A stretch of DNA of 64,000 nt from Plasmodiophora brassicae (taxonomy: Eukaryota): assembly GCA_036867785.1 (NCBI GenBank), contig CP145420.1, forward strand, positions 806,001-870,000, in the 5' to 3' direction. Positions 1 to 12,118 of this stretch are shown here, piece by piece. The notes under the pieces are model-generated. The model saw only the letters and a list, made by a program, of their open reading frames with translations. It made no database searches and was not told the origin of the DNA. How positions within the stretch are numbered: position 1 is the stretch's first letter; each line of letters opens with the position of its first letter. The translations under genes were made by a program, and so were the position numbers.

Positions 1-124
1 TTGGGAATTTCCCTCTCTAAATACTCACGCTGACGACCATTCCCTTGTTGACGTCCACTCTCGAACGAACCTCTATCAGAACGAATTTGAAAGGCGAGGC
101 GTAAATGAAACACAAGACGCCACT

Positions 125-1663
125 GTGCACGTATGGCAACCAAATTCCAACGGGCACCGTCTCGTCGACTTCCGCCCTTCAGTCAACCCCTGTCGTTGCG
201 AACTGGATTCGCAAGACGTTAGCGAAATACTACAAGACTCCACATCGAGCACATGGCCAACCGACGCCAACGGGAACTTTGCCTTTGACATCCACACTCT
301 TACCGACCTCTGTGATATCGACTTTGAATCGCCAGGCGCTACCGAAATAGTACTACAAGGTCTCACTCATGTGAACACGTGGCCAGCAGACGCCAATGCG
401 CCCCTTGCCGTTGACATCTACCCTCCAGCCGACCTCTGTCATATCGGCTTTGAATCGCAAAGCGCTACCGACGTACTACAGGCCGCCACTTTGAGCAATT
501 GGCCAACCATGCACCCTGGCGCCGCCCATGTTCTACATCGTTTCGATCCCGGTTGCACAACACTTCAAGCCGAGGCGCGTATCTCAGGCGCATCCGATTC
601 TGCGCTTTCCCACAGGCAGGAGTTGCCCGGCGACAGTGGACGCTTGATGTGGACGGCGACCTCGAACTTGCTTTCCGCCGGTTCCCCGGTATTGCAACCG
701 ACTCTGTGCTCACAGGATCAAGACGCCATCGACCAATACGACTGGAACATGTTCATTCCAGAATCACCCGCGCCGGTTCCCCTACACTCGCTCGCGACAT
801 CCCGCCATGACGGTTGCACTTTTCCCCCGTTTACGCTTCAACCTGTGGGGACTCAAGGTTCCACTGAAGAACCGGCCACCATGCACGGGTGCCAGTCGCA
901 ACCTTCGCAGAACGAGCACCATGGTCGTGGCAAATACCCCAGAAAGAAATGCGAGCATGGGCGATTGAAACATGGGTGCAGGGTTTGCTGTCCGCACCTC
1001 TTCTGTACTGAACATGGGCGACAGAAATGGGGTTGCAGGCCGTGTGGCGGATCAGGCATCTGTGTGCATCGTCAAATCCAGTACTACTGCAAGGCATGTA
1101 AAGGGAAGGGCATCTGTCAACACGGCCGACGGAGATCCCGCTGTACGGCGTGTGTACGTGATCGAGGTCAAGTCGGCATCTGCGAGCACAACCGGCGTAC
1201 AAACGTGACTGCGGAGGCAGTGCTGCGCGTGTCGTACGCCAACGACCGAATCACCGATGCACAAGCCAACGCGCGACGAAACGTCGGGTCTGTGCCGCAA
1301 GCGAGTATTCCGCCGGAAGCGCCGCCGCCGCCGCCCGTCGTCAAACGCCGCGGGGGTACCTTCGACGCGCCATCGCGTGGTTTGTTGCAATATTGTCGCA
1401 GAGCTTGGCAACGGTTGAACATTGTCCTTCGTGTCGCTGATGAGCTCAAGCAGCGGCAATCGAAAGAACTGACGGAAGGGTGCCGGCAGTTTCAGTGCAC
1501 AGTTGTAAAGCCTGTCGTCGCCTGCTTCCAGCGGCATCACGGATCCAATCCTGAGGCGTTTCTGGCGAGATGGCCCGAATTCTTTCCGTCGAAATTCGGC
1601 TCCAAGTGCTGCGATGCGTCTACTGATGATTGCGGTACTACCAAGTCGAAGGCCAGGACCTGA
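125..1663 (+). CDS. Cys/His-rich repeat protein (CxHGR-x3-CxxC type zinc-binding repeats) with an N-terminal ~39-aa duplication
   Basis: 512-aa ORF with tandem CEHGRLKHGCRVC, CTEHGRQKWGCRPC, ICVHRQIQYYCKAC, ICQHGRRRSRCTAC, ICEHNRR. The N-terminal TWP(T/A)DAN...DLC.I.FES..AT block occurs twice. Annotated start is not ATG, so the true start is uncertain. Confidence 0.6.
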   Translation: MHVWQPNSNGHRLVDFRPSVNPCRCELDSQDVSEILQDSTSSTWPTDANGNFAFDIHTLTDLCDIDFESPGATEIVLQGLTHVNTWPADANAPLAVDIYPPADLCHIGFESQSATDVLQAATLSNWPTMHPGAAHVLHRFDPGCTTLQAEARISGASDSALSHRQELPGDSGRLMWTATSNLLSAGSPVLQPTLCSQDQDAIDQYDWNMFIPESPAPVPLHSLATSRHDGCTFPPFTLQPVGTQGSTEEPATMHGCQSQPSQNEHHGRGKYPRKKCEHGRLKHGCRVCCPHLFCTEHGRQKWGCRPCGGSGICVHRQIQYYCKACKGKGICQHGRRRSRCTACVRDRGQVGICEHNRRTNVTAEAVLRVSYANDRITDAQANARRNVGSVPQASIPPEAPPPPPVVKRRGGTFDAPSRGLLQYCRRAWQRLNIVLRVADELKQRQSKELTEGCRQFQCTVVKPVVACFQRHHGSNPEAFLARWPEFFPSKFGSKCCDASTDDCGTTKSKART

Positions 1664-1699
1664 TCAGGGTCGTGACGTCGTCCATACGTACAAACCACA

Positions 1700-2200
1700 C
1701 ATGTACCTCGGTCAACCCCCGTCGACGACAGTACTGTCCCGACTTGCATACGCCGCCGATACAGGACGTGCCCCGACACCTTGTCCAGATCCGTTGTTTC
1801 TCGAAGCGCAATCAGATTGCGCTTCGTTCAGGCGCAATTGGCCGGTTATCGGCCCCACATGGGCCGTGCGCCATGTACGAGTTGACCAAGTCGTGCAGAA
1901 GCGGCCGGCGCTCCGGGTGGTCTGGGATTTCCGTCCACACCAAAGAATCGATTAGGGCGACGTTGTCGGTCGTCATCTGGCGCCAGATCAGGATGGGCGC
2001 AAATCCCCGCCTCTAGAACTCGATCGTCAACACGTGCGCCACTGACGAGCTGCCCGTCGAACACCTTCTTCTTGAACAAATCGTTCATCAGCGCTTGTAG
2101 CTTGATGTGGAAGGCGCGGGCGACACTAACGGTGCGGTCTGGTGTGGAAGAAGCTGGTCCTAGATCTCCCGACATTTCGGGTCGCGATTCATGGTCATAA
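1700..2200 (-). mobile_element. Degenerate Helitron Rep (HUH endonuclease) fragment
   Basis: Minus strand across frameshifts reads VARAFHIKLQALMNDLFKKKVF, then HVLTIEF*RRGFAPILIW (IEFQKRG motif with TAG at 2013-2015), IDSLVWTEIPD, LHDLVNSYMAHGPCG and SGHVLYRRR. This is the motif order of Helitron Rep. Confidence 0.8.
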
Positions 2201-2529
2201 ACAGGTACCGCGACAAGCTTCTGTCGAGGCCCTCCCAGTACAATCACCGGCTTCTTCTTACTGAAAAAGCTGGTAATTGTACTAGAAAGGTCTCGACAGA
2301 AGAGGGCCGTGCGTACGAGGGCATCGAGTGGATGGTGCAGAATCGAGGCGTTGGAACTGGACCAACAGCGCTTCAAATTAAAGCGAGCCAGCTCATTAGG
2401 TCCATCGTGTACTCCTGCCACTTCCGGCGACGGCAGAACCTGAAGGGCGGCACAAAGTAACGTTTGATTGCAGGTTGTGATTGCTTCATTTTACTTCACT
2501 CTGCAGGTGATCTGACTGTCCCGTCTGGT

Positions 2530-2548
2530 CCCCCCCCCCCCCCCCCCC
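2530..2548. repeat. Poly-C tract (19 nt)
   Basis: Direct reading. Confidence 0.95.
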
Positions 2549-2673
2549 TGCACGGCAAATGACAGTACCGTCCAGAGTGCTCCGGACCCGGACGTCCAAC
2601 AATCGCTGCAAACCTCATCCAACCTTTGTATAAGAAAAGGTGGCCTTTTCTGCACAGAGTCTGACTGCCCGCG

Positions 2674-2875
2674 TCAACAATAATAGCGCGCACCGACACG
2701 GCCAGCCACGGTCCAACAATAATAGCGCGCACCGACTGGTGCCCGAGTCAAGCCCCGCTCCGCGCGGCACGCGAGCGACTGTCGACTGACATGCCCAGCC
2801 ACGGTCCAACAATAATAGCGCGCACCGACTTGTGCCCGAGTCAAACCCCGCTCCGCGCGGCACGCGAGCGACTGA
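2674..2875. repeat. Tandem duplication of ~95 bp (2 copies plus a partial copy)
   Basis: CAACAATAATAGCGCGCACCGAC occurs three times. CCCCGCTCCGCGCGGCACGCGAGCGACTG occurs twice. Confidence 0.85.
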
Positions 2876-2930
2876 CACCACGGACGCGGCACCTGGGCCG
2901 GGTGCTCCATTTGCAAATTGCGTTCGTGCC

Positions 2931-4816
2931 ATGAAAGTTGCCACTGTTCCAGTCCCATGCGCTGCCGCCGCGCCGTGTGCCGATCACGAGCTGCTGTTCT
3001 CTGGGGCGTCGTTGGGCCCGTCCAAAGCCGATGTCAATGCGTCTGCTGAGGGCGTCCGTGGCAGCCGCAGCCATCCCCGCTGCCCTTGTCATTCCAAACA
3101 CTCCGACGTCAGCCCGCGGTGGAGATCTTCGCGTATCCTGCCGTCGCTCGCTCTCCTTCTGGCGCCTGTCCTTCTCATGGGCGTAAGTGTGGCTTGCAAA
3201 TCGTCGTAATACTAATTGCCCCACCTCTTGGATATGACCGTGCGCGTAGGTTGTGCCGGTGGTGACCTCGGCGTATCCGCCGATGGTGACCCCGAGGTCT
3301 CCGCTGCAAATCCTGGACGCGGCGAACTTTCAGGGCGATGGGTGTCCGAGCCAGGATATTGTAGACAGCGCGGTGGTCTATCTTAAGCAAAAGGTCCTTC
3401 AAGCCTACGATTTCCAAGTACTACCGCACCTCGCCAGTACGCTTTCGAAGCGCAGGACGTATAATCGTATGAGATTGCCATTCACATCACGAACCATAGC
3501 CGTCTCTGAGACAGCAATTCCTGCCAACAGGTGTGCTCTCCGCCATTGCTGTTGCTCTGCAACGACGCCAAGAATGCATTAGCGGCTACAATGCCAGATC
3601 TACGGCAATGCTTTTGCACTCGCTTGCCAGGGGACGCATCAATAGGCCCACCCTGCTCAATGCCCTCGGCAAACATGCGCTGACCATCATGACGCTGTTC
3701 GACGCAGAGGATGTCGCCAATACGGCGTGGGCGTTCGCGGCATTGTCGATCAAGAACCACGACCTGTTCAATGCCCTTGCCAATCGTGCCCTGTCGATTA
3801 TGACAGAATTCAAGGCACACGGTGTCGCCAGTACGGCGTGGGCGTTCGCGACATTGTCGATCGAGAATCGCGACCTGTTCAGCGCCCTAGCCGATCGTGC
3901 GCTCGCGACCATGAGGCACTTCAGAGCACAAGGCGTCGCCAATACGGCGTGGGCGTTCGCGACAATGTCGATCGAGAACCGCGCCTTGTTCAATGCCCTT
4001 GCCGATCGTGCGCTCGCGACCATGAGGCACCTCAGCGCACAGGGCGTCGCCAATACGGCGTGGGCGTTCGCGACCTTGTCGATCGAGAACCGCGCCCTGT
4101 TCAGCGCCCTTGCCGGTCGTACGCTGTCGATCGTGACGGAATTCAACCCACAGGATGTCGCCAATACGGCATGGGCATTCTCCGTTGTTCGTTTCCACCC
4201 CGATGATAGTGTCTTTGAAGCCATTGTCGGCCGCGTGTGCTTCTTCTTTTCGAGTGGTTCGTTCGCCGATGAACAACTTGTACAGCTGCATCTATGGCGA
4301 CTCTCCGTTGGGGAACGCGCTTTCGATTCGGTTGTCGACGGCGTCTGTCACGTGAAGACGGACGTGATGGTGAGCAGTTTCAGGGATGCGATGTCCCGCC
4401 AGGGGCAAGGTACGTCACGGATGGAGCATGAAGTAGTCGGTGCTCTTCAGCGAATGTACTCACCCGGTTCTGTTCATCGTGGCGCCTTCTGCGAGATCAC
4501 CGGTTATTCTCTTGATGCCGCTTGTGTATTGCCGTTTGGACGTCGCATGGTCGCTGTCGAAGTGAATGACCGTACACACTTCCTCCGAGATTGCCATTCC
4601 GATGGTTTCACGTCGATCAATGGGGCTTCCAGGCTGAAGCGCCACTTACTCGGGCGGTACGGCTGGACAGTGGTCGACGTGAATTTCGGAGACTGGGACA
4701 AGGCGAACGGGATCCCTGAACAGCAACAGGATTTACTTCTGAAGCTTCTGCGGCGTACGTATTCAGATGAACAAAGGGCAGCGTCGACTCCTGGCTACTA
4801 CAATATCGAGGCGTGA
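2931..4816 (+). CDS. Heptatricopeptide-like (37-aa) repeat protein with C-terminal RAP domain (FASTK-like); putative introns 3183-3249 and 3467-3530
   Basis: Five tandem (D/G)VA(N/S)TAWAF repeats spaced 37 aa apart. C-terminal YSLD...AVEVND.THF...LKRHLL...GWTVVDVNFGDW. Both GT-AG introns keep the frame. Confidence 0.85.
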
Positions 4817-5435
4817 CGTTTCCAATTCAAATTGAATAACAACAACAGCGATGCTGTTCGATCTTCAATGCATGTGTATCGCTGCCTCGTCTCCGGCCTG
4901 GCCGATTCTCGTCGTCGTTGCCTGCGGGTGCGCTCATCGCCGATCGACTCTACCTCATTCGCGTGATCTGCGCTCATCTGTCCTGTTCGTAGCTGGGCCC
5001 CCGGGAGCTGCGCCTGGTCAGCAGGCGCCTCGTCGGCGCGTACGTTCTAACGCGCCCGGCCAGGCCGGCATCGCGCGCTGCGATCGATCCCGGTCGTCGT
5101 TCGACATGGCGATACGCTGCTCCTGGCCGTGTCGCCGTCCTCATCGCATCGGTACGGCGACGTTCCGCCGCGCAAATGCAACGTGCCGACGACGATGCTG
5201 ACCGTAATTGGCGTTGACGTCCATCGATCGCCAGCAGCTGTGGCTCTGTTGTCGCAAGCGCTGCCGTGCTAGATGTGGTAGGCCAACACAGAACCCTCAG
5301 CCCCATGTCACAGAAGCGTAAGGCACCCTGGCCGGAGCTGAGCCGGAGCTGAGCGAATAGCATATTTGAAGGCGGCAATGGCATTCCCCGGCAGATACCC
5401 CGTCAACAAGTTTCGATTTCTCGTCCACGTGCGAT

Positions 5436-6780
5436 TTATCGATACGAAAGGCACCCGGGGCAGTTGTGCAGCGATTCATGGATGTACTGATCGCAGTCCC
5501 AACAGAACACCTGCGTGCATGACTCGCAGCGCAGAACGAGGGATTCGTCGACTTTGATCTCGATGCGGCAACCGTAACACTCGACAGCGTGCCTGTGCCA
5601 GAACTCACCCGTCAGAAACGTTTGCTCTGGGAGGTACACACGAAGGTGAACCTGTCAGATAACTGCTCGGTGACGTCCATAAAGGGCGCCAACGGGAAGA
5701 GATGATGATACGAGCGAGCAAGATGAGGTGACGACACAAGCGTTAGCGAGCACACGACGCACTGGGTTGGCAATTCGCAACATTTTGATTTGCACCTGGG
5801 ACACTGGTACCCTTCGTACGAGAAATTGCCATGGCATTGACAGAGCGTTGGAAAGTCGAACGATGACTTCATGGGGAATCCCATGAACACCCATTTGCGT
5901 TTCCTGGCCGCTACCTGCGGCACGACGGGAGGGCTGACGTGCTCAGCGAGGTGAGCGGCCACAGCCGATGTTCCGCTACAGACGCGATACGTTCCGTTTG
6001 TTGTCGTGGCCAGCCTTCGACAGACGAACAGTTCGGCAGAGAGCGTGACGACCGAGCAGCGGACACCATCCCGTTTCATCGTCTCGATCGTCTGGAACAC
6101 GTCGCCCGGATCGCACGTGTTCAGACTGGCCATGACAATAATCACCTCGCGGTTGCCATAGTCGGGCGTGTTCCGCAGGCTGCTTCGGGCCAACTCCAGC
6201 GAGTTCTCCAACGAAAACTCGCCAGACGTATGGTGGTCGGCTTGTGCCTCGAGCAGTCGGATCTGGTGCAGCGGGTTGCCCGATAGGTCGGTCAGCATGT
6301 ACGCCTTCTTGCTGTGCGTCGTAATCAGGCCCAGGTGCGAGATCGGGTTCTGGTCGAAGAAATCGCGGATGAACTGACACACGGCTTCTATAGCGACCAG
6401 CTTTCTCGACGGACGATAATCATTCAAGTCCATCGACGACGACAGGTCCACAACGATAAACACGTATCGAATCATGCCCTTCTCAACAAGCCGTTCCCGA
6501 CCGCGGGCCTCCAATCGCTTATGCGCCGCCTTACGAAGCTCACGCTGGGTCGCATGCTGTGCCACGCGTAACCGCCCTTCGTCGTCCTCTTCGATATCAT
6601 CCCAGGACCTCTAGCACGAGTGGGCCGATCAGTCAGGTCCCGCGCGCGTACCAGGTGGAACGCCCCGACCAGAATTGGCGCCTCCCAGGAGTGCTGCACC
6701 AAATCACGATCCTGGCCGCCGCCATCGCCTTCGTCGTCCACGGACCGCAGCCAGTCGTGCACGTCGCCGTCAGCTTCCAT
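5436..6780 (-). CDS. GTF2H2: TFIIH subunit p44/Ssl1 (spliced)
   Basis: KGMIRYVFIVVDLSSSM, FFDQNPISHLG, REVIIVMASLNTCDPGD, CPRCKSKCCELPTQC, LVSSPHLARSYHHLFPL, FCWDCDQYIHESLHNCPGC. Confidence 0.95.
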
Positions 6781-6950
6781 AACGACAGTCAGGCGCGACT
6801 GCGCCGTATGACGCGTCCGCAGGTGCGCGAACTGCACGAACTGCACACGCGGCGCACCGGGCAGCTGCAGTGGTGCAGTCAGGTGGCGCGGAAATGGTAA
6901 CGTTCGGCTGGCAGCAACAACTGTAAAGTATAATTGTGTACCGGGTGTAG

Positions 6951-7457
6951 TTACGGGGTCGAGTTGGTCTGGGAGCTGGACGAGGTGGTGGTGGTGGCAT
7001 GGGCGAGGAAGTTTCGGATGTCGCGAAGCAGACTGCGCCCGGATCGGGGCGACCCGTTCTCGGTGACGCAGAACAACTGCAAGGGCAGGCGCTGTGATCC
7101 GATGTTGGCGTCGCAGAGGCGGCCGTCGCCGAGTTCGACGCCGCGATGCGCGATCCGCACGGACGCGCCGTCGCGCTTGACGAATGCGTGCGACCCGATG
7201 TCGTGTTTGATGTCGTCGATGGGCGTCTCGACGGGGATGTCTATCGTCCACGATTTCAGCTCTTTGACGTTCGTGTAGACGCTGATGGTGCAGCCTATGG
7301 ATCGGCGTCGATCCCTGGGTTGCAGGTAGGCGACGCCCCAGGGCAGGCGGACGCAGACCGAATGGGCGCCGCTGTGCTCTGTGTCTTCTTGGCCGAACCC
7401 ATACGGCGTCCACACGGGCGTGCCATCTGGCACCCTGTTCACTATCGACGAGGCCAT
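6951..7457 (-). CDS. Hypothetical protein, possible ubiquitin-like C-terminal domain
   Basis: 168-aa ATG ORF. The segment TIDIPVETPIDDIKHDI...VRIAHRGVELGDGRLCDANI resembles a UBL fold. Confidence 0.5.
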   Translation of the reverse strand: MASSIVNRVPDGTPVWTPYGFGQEDTEHSGAHSVCVRLPWGVAYLQPRDRRRSIGCTISVYTNVKELKSWTIDIPVETPIDDIKHDIGSHAFVKRDGASVRIAHRGVELGDGRLCDANIGSQRLPLQLFCVTENGSPRSGRSLLRDIRNFLAHATTTTSSSSQTNSTP

Positions 7458-7570
7458 CCCAATGGCCAGTCACAATCGCGCAGGGGTATCCCCGCGATCG
7501 TGCCCGTATCTTTAGCGCCTTTATTGCACTGGTTTATCGGACGCCCTGGCCGCTTTTTACACTTCGTTCG

Positions 7571-8159
7571 TTATATTCCGCCCTCTGCTGTGAAACGATA
7601 TCGCGTCATTTCCAGGTGCTCTTCTTCTTGAGCCTGAACAGGCCACCGATGAGGCCGCCGGGATCCACCGGGGTCCCGTTCTCTTGATAGCGTTCGATAG
7701 GGGCCCTGAACAGGGTACAACAGCTCAGAAGTAGAGCCCGAAGGCATGCTGATGATTGGCAAATACCGGGGAGGAGTGGTGCCAATGGTGGATAACGCCG
7801 CCCGCATGTCTTCGAATCTGCAGTGGGTGGCCTCGACCCAATCCTCAAACGTAATCGAGCCGCGCATCAGATGATTGTCATGGCCGCGCGTAGCGAAGGC
7901 AAACATGTCCCTTATGAACGCGAAATTGTACTGCAGGCCGAGTCGCTTAACCGCCTTTTCAAGATCGGCCAAGGAGACATGGTCCACCTGCCAGCGGAAA
8001 CGATGAGCGATCGCGGAATGAGCTCGCAGGGCGGTGCATGAACCATACGCGCCGGCGATCGAACTGCCTGAACACGATCCGAAGTTCCTTGATCTGGCGA
8101 CGTGTTAGCTGCGGAAATACTTTCCTAGGCTGTAAGATCGCGAACAGATCGTTCGTCAT
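7571..8159 (-). CDS. EF-hand (calmodulin/centrin-like) protein, spliced
   Basis: LTRRQIKELRIVFRQFD, VSLADLEKAVKRLG, FIRDMF, GSITFEDWV. Confidence 0.55.
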
Positions 8160-8273
8160 GGCGTCCAACCAGCCATATGGATATTGAGACGTATGCCGAG
8201 GGCGATCCGGAGATATCTTCCAGCAGCGATACACACGAGCAAAGATACGCCCTGGGGTGTCACCTATCAGTCT

Positions 8274-10654
8274 TTACTCGTACATAAGCGCAAACGTATG
8301 GCGTGTCCAGGGGCCAGTCGTTCGCCAGTCTGTCGAAGAACGAGAAGCCGGCAGATGATACTGAAACAGCAATTTCAGTCTTGGCCTCTTCAGAGGAACC
8401 GAACACGTACCAATGGAGTCATTGAAGTGGAACCAGTTTCCTTGGCGGCACGCGTGTTCGAGCTGTTGCCCTTTGAGGCCGTTCGACATGGCACTCTGAG
8501 TAACGGCAACGGCTTCATCGCTATGCCTACGACATGGTGTCAGTCCACAAGTCATACAAGTGCATGGAGCAGACCTGGCAACCGTGTAATAGTGCCCACT
8601 TTCGGCACGAGAACCGCTGTGAACGATGACGGCATACAGAGCGTACACATGACTGCCGAGCGGAAGGACCGTCGGAAAGGTGACAGGGTCGAATACCTTC
8701 TTCCTTGACATTGTGCTCGTATCGAACGTGAACCGCTTGAAGCAGAAGGGAAGAAAACGACGGCATGTCTTCAGAGTTGCCTTCGTGACGCCAGAGCTGC
8801 GAACACCACAGCCTTCGCATAGAACAGCATTATCGCCGTCGAAACGCGTACCAGTAAAGTGTTCACCTAGCAAATGCTCTGTAGGGAAATTGGAATTAGA
8901 GCCGCACCATATAAGTCACGTTCCCAGATAGTACCAAGCGATTGTCGGCCGCGCATGGCGAGAGGAAGCTCAACAAATGGCTCTTCGCGAAGCAGTCTTG
9001 AGATACCACAAGCATCGCACGTTAAGAGCGTAGCCATTTGACCACCGAAAGAAGTCTCATCGTCAGTCGGTAAACTCTTCTCGATCGTATCGTGAAGAAA
9101 CAATCCGAACTCGGATACGTCTGCTTCTTGTCCAGTGACGAACCTCTCATCCGAAATTGCATTCATCAGTGCCCGAGGTACAACCTCACCCACTGCTGCT
9201 CGTGTCAACTGCCCTAGAATATCGCGAAGCGCAGCAGTGATTGGAGGGCCACCTGAACTTGCTAGTACCCGACGACGAAAGTCATCTGACATGAACAGCA
9301 TCTGCAGGTACGAAGCCATGTAACAAGTGTGGCCAAGATTCCGGAGGCCAGACAGACCCGACGGGTTCACAACTCGTGGTATCGTGTTGCCGACAACCAG
9401 TGACGGTTTCGTGTCGACAGAAGTCCACGAAAATTCACGAAGCAGGTCTGTAGATACGGACGAGCTCCGGTCGCCATGAAACCGATCCGAAAACCGCCCG
9501 AAAGCATGTCCCGAAGAAGCGAATCGATGCATTAAGCAACGAACAGCGTCGACGATCTCTGTCCTCGATGTCTCACTGAGCGATGAATCAGGGCCGACAC
9601 GCTCGTACAGCAGCGGCAACGCGTCGAGAAACAGGTCAGAAGCGTGCTGGTACCCAAGCAGGAGACGCCGGGCAACCTGCCAGCACTCCTCGGGGTCGGC
9701 ATCGGACCGAGACAGTATTTGTCCAATGCACTGTCGTGACGCAGCAAGAACGAGGGATCGCTTGCCAGCAGCGACATATGCCTTCAGCATTGTCAGGATA
9801 AACGATGTCGTTCCAGGCGCTGGTTTCCATTGCAGAATGCGTTGCAGGGCAGTGCTGAGTTGCAAGTCTGTCAGCCCTGAACGGCACTTCAGCATGAAAC
9901 TGTTGGCGGCGTCTTGCGACACGTGAGCGTATGGAATGAGCGCCTGAAGCCTCGACGAGGGGCTCCGATCTGCCAGTGACGGCGATATCGGGGACCCTGC
10001 CAGCAGCCCAAAGACGGTCTCCAGCGTCACCAGCTCAAACTCTGGCGCTCCGAGCCAGCAGTACGTTATGGCTTTAACGATCAGCGTCGCAGTGTAATCG
10101 CATGACGGCCTGTCCTCGAGAGCAGCCAACCTGGAATACAAATCAGAACGCTTCGGGACGAATAGGGCAAACTCAACCTCACCAGCAAACCAGTACGTCG
10201 CAACGAAACTGGACATGAAGCGGAAGCGCCTCTGTTGGCAGCAATAGAACTGCCACCTGGACCCGACGTCAGAGCATGCAGAGGAACTGGGCCACGCAAC
10301 GAGACCTGAACCGATACCGGAGGTATTTCAGGGCTGGCAAATATGACGTTGACCATGGCGGCATGCAGGGCGTTATAGTCCGGCGACGCGTACGGAAGCA
10401 CGAGCCGAAGTTGCACAAACGACAGCTGGGCGTTGGGATCGCACAGACCTACGACCCGGTTCACAATCGGTGCGGCAGCGTCGACGCCCGCGTCCCGTAC
10501 CGGGCGGCAGCAGTTGGCCCAGGAACGTGTCGTCGAGGATGGCCCGCAGCGTGTCCGGCGAGAACTGCTTCGGGATGGCGTTCCGGATGCTGGCGATCAG
10601 GTCCGGGCGCCGCGCGGCCTGCAGCAGCAGGCGCAGCTTGGCGGCGTCGGCCAT
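8274..10654 (-). CDS. Ubiquitin-specific protease (peptidase C19, USP35/38-like architecture), spliced
   Basis: Cys box GLRNLGHTCYMASYLQML, QEADVSEF, FKRFTFD, His box YALYAVIVHSGSRAESGHYY, WFHFND, long helical N-terminus. Confidence 0.9.
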
Positions 10655-11109
10655 CACGTCGACCGCCAGAACGAATCAGGCGCCGCGATGATGACGGACT
10701 TCCCGCGTGTTCAAAACGGCGACCGCAACAACCATGGGGAAATTGACGTCCAGAGACCGTGCCGCCCTCGCACAAGGACGTCGGCATCGTCGACGGCAAC
10801 CTGGTACGCGGGTGTATGTCCGGCGAGGTCGCCGGGTGGCTGACTGGCATCATCGTCGTGGGCACAAGTTGTTCCTATTATCGCCCGTCAGACGGGACTG
10901 CCACACGCAACCTGACGAGTTCGAGTTGCTGTGTATGGCCCCAGGCGACGTTCTACTGCCAGCGCCGGAGCTCGAGGAAGCGTTCCTGCCTGAAGGGCCC
11001 GCCAGATCTTCGTGGGCCTCTGCGCCAGGCCATCGAGTTGATCACCGACGCTCTCAGGCCACATACGGTGATGTCGTCCAGGATCGCGTCGTCCTGGCAC
11101 TGCGGTGAC

Positions 11110-12118
11110 TGGTGATGGTCCATCCTCATTGTTTGGACGTCGGTGGTGGTGGTGACGATGGGCGTGTGCGATGCCTTGCCAAACGGCTGGCTGCTGTGGA
11201 GACGGATATCAGTGTAGGCCGACGGCTTGCGTGTTCGTGTCTGGTATCGCCCACAGCGTATCGCTCGCCGGGGATGACCTGCGGGCAGAACGGTGGGTGC
11301 ACTGTTCAGTGCCCATCCAGTAGCACGCCATGCGGTGCTCAGTGCTTAACTAAAAGTGGCACGTGCTGCGATAACGGAAGTATGGGAGCGTTGTTTCGCA
11401 CAGGATGAGCGTACCTGGTAATCGAATATCGCCGGCTATTACTGCCCCGTAGGGCGTGCATGCGTACCATCAGGGACATGTTCAGTCGTTCAGGGACCGT
11501 TAACGTGCGGTCCAGGAGCTGCTCAATGCTGCAAGTCGAACGGTTGTGCGTCCCTTCTCTGAATTCTGAGTGGTCGTAGCCTGAACAGATCAGTGCGGGA
11601 TCGATTTTCAATGCTGTGCCGGGACCTGCAACTCAACTGACAAACAATGTTGTGCGTCCAGCGGTATGAATAGCGATAGTCAGAAGCTCCTGACATTAAC
11701 AATGGTTGACTAGGTCAGTGCTCGGTAAAACTCGCAGGGATGCGATCCCGATCAAGTTTGTATCGGCAAGCAGTCACGCCTGGCCCTCACCGACATCCTA
11801 ATCGCCTGCGTCGCCTGAGCCTCACTGACATCCTATCGTCTGCGTTCTATCGACGTCTGTCGCTGTAGCAATTGCTTACCTGTGCGCCACCTGGCGAACG
11901 AAATAGAAGAAACCGGGCGCACCCCCGCCTTTGAATTAATTGCCAAGTACTGCCCGATGTACCCATTGCAATCGGTCATTGAACGTGGTAAGGACTGCAA
12001 GAAGTGCAGCCAAGAAGATGGTCAGCCTGTCTCCGCGTCCATTCCCTCCGTTGGCGGCGTCATAGCCGTCGGCGCCAGCGCCGACAACCCGCATAACTCC
12101 GCTCGCTTCCTGAAGTGA
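11110..12118 (+). CDS. Probable multi-exon cysteine-rich protein (CC-containing modules); structure unresolved, possibly degenerate
   Basis: Short plus-strand segments read GCCGDGYQC, TPCGAQCLTKSGTCCDNG, CGPGAAQCCKSNG, QCCAGTCNSTDKQCC and GCDPDQVC, separated by intron-like sequence. Confidence 0.4.

Noticed and set aside
1846-2460. 191-aa (-) and 89-aa (+) ORFs as genes
   Set aside because: The minus ORF is partly a frameshifted Helitron remnant. The plus ORF has no support.
3586-4291. Repetitive antisense and alternate-frame ORFs
   Set aside because: They are shadows of the 111-bp HPR repeats.
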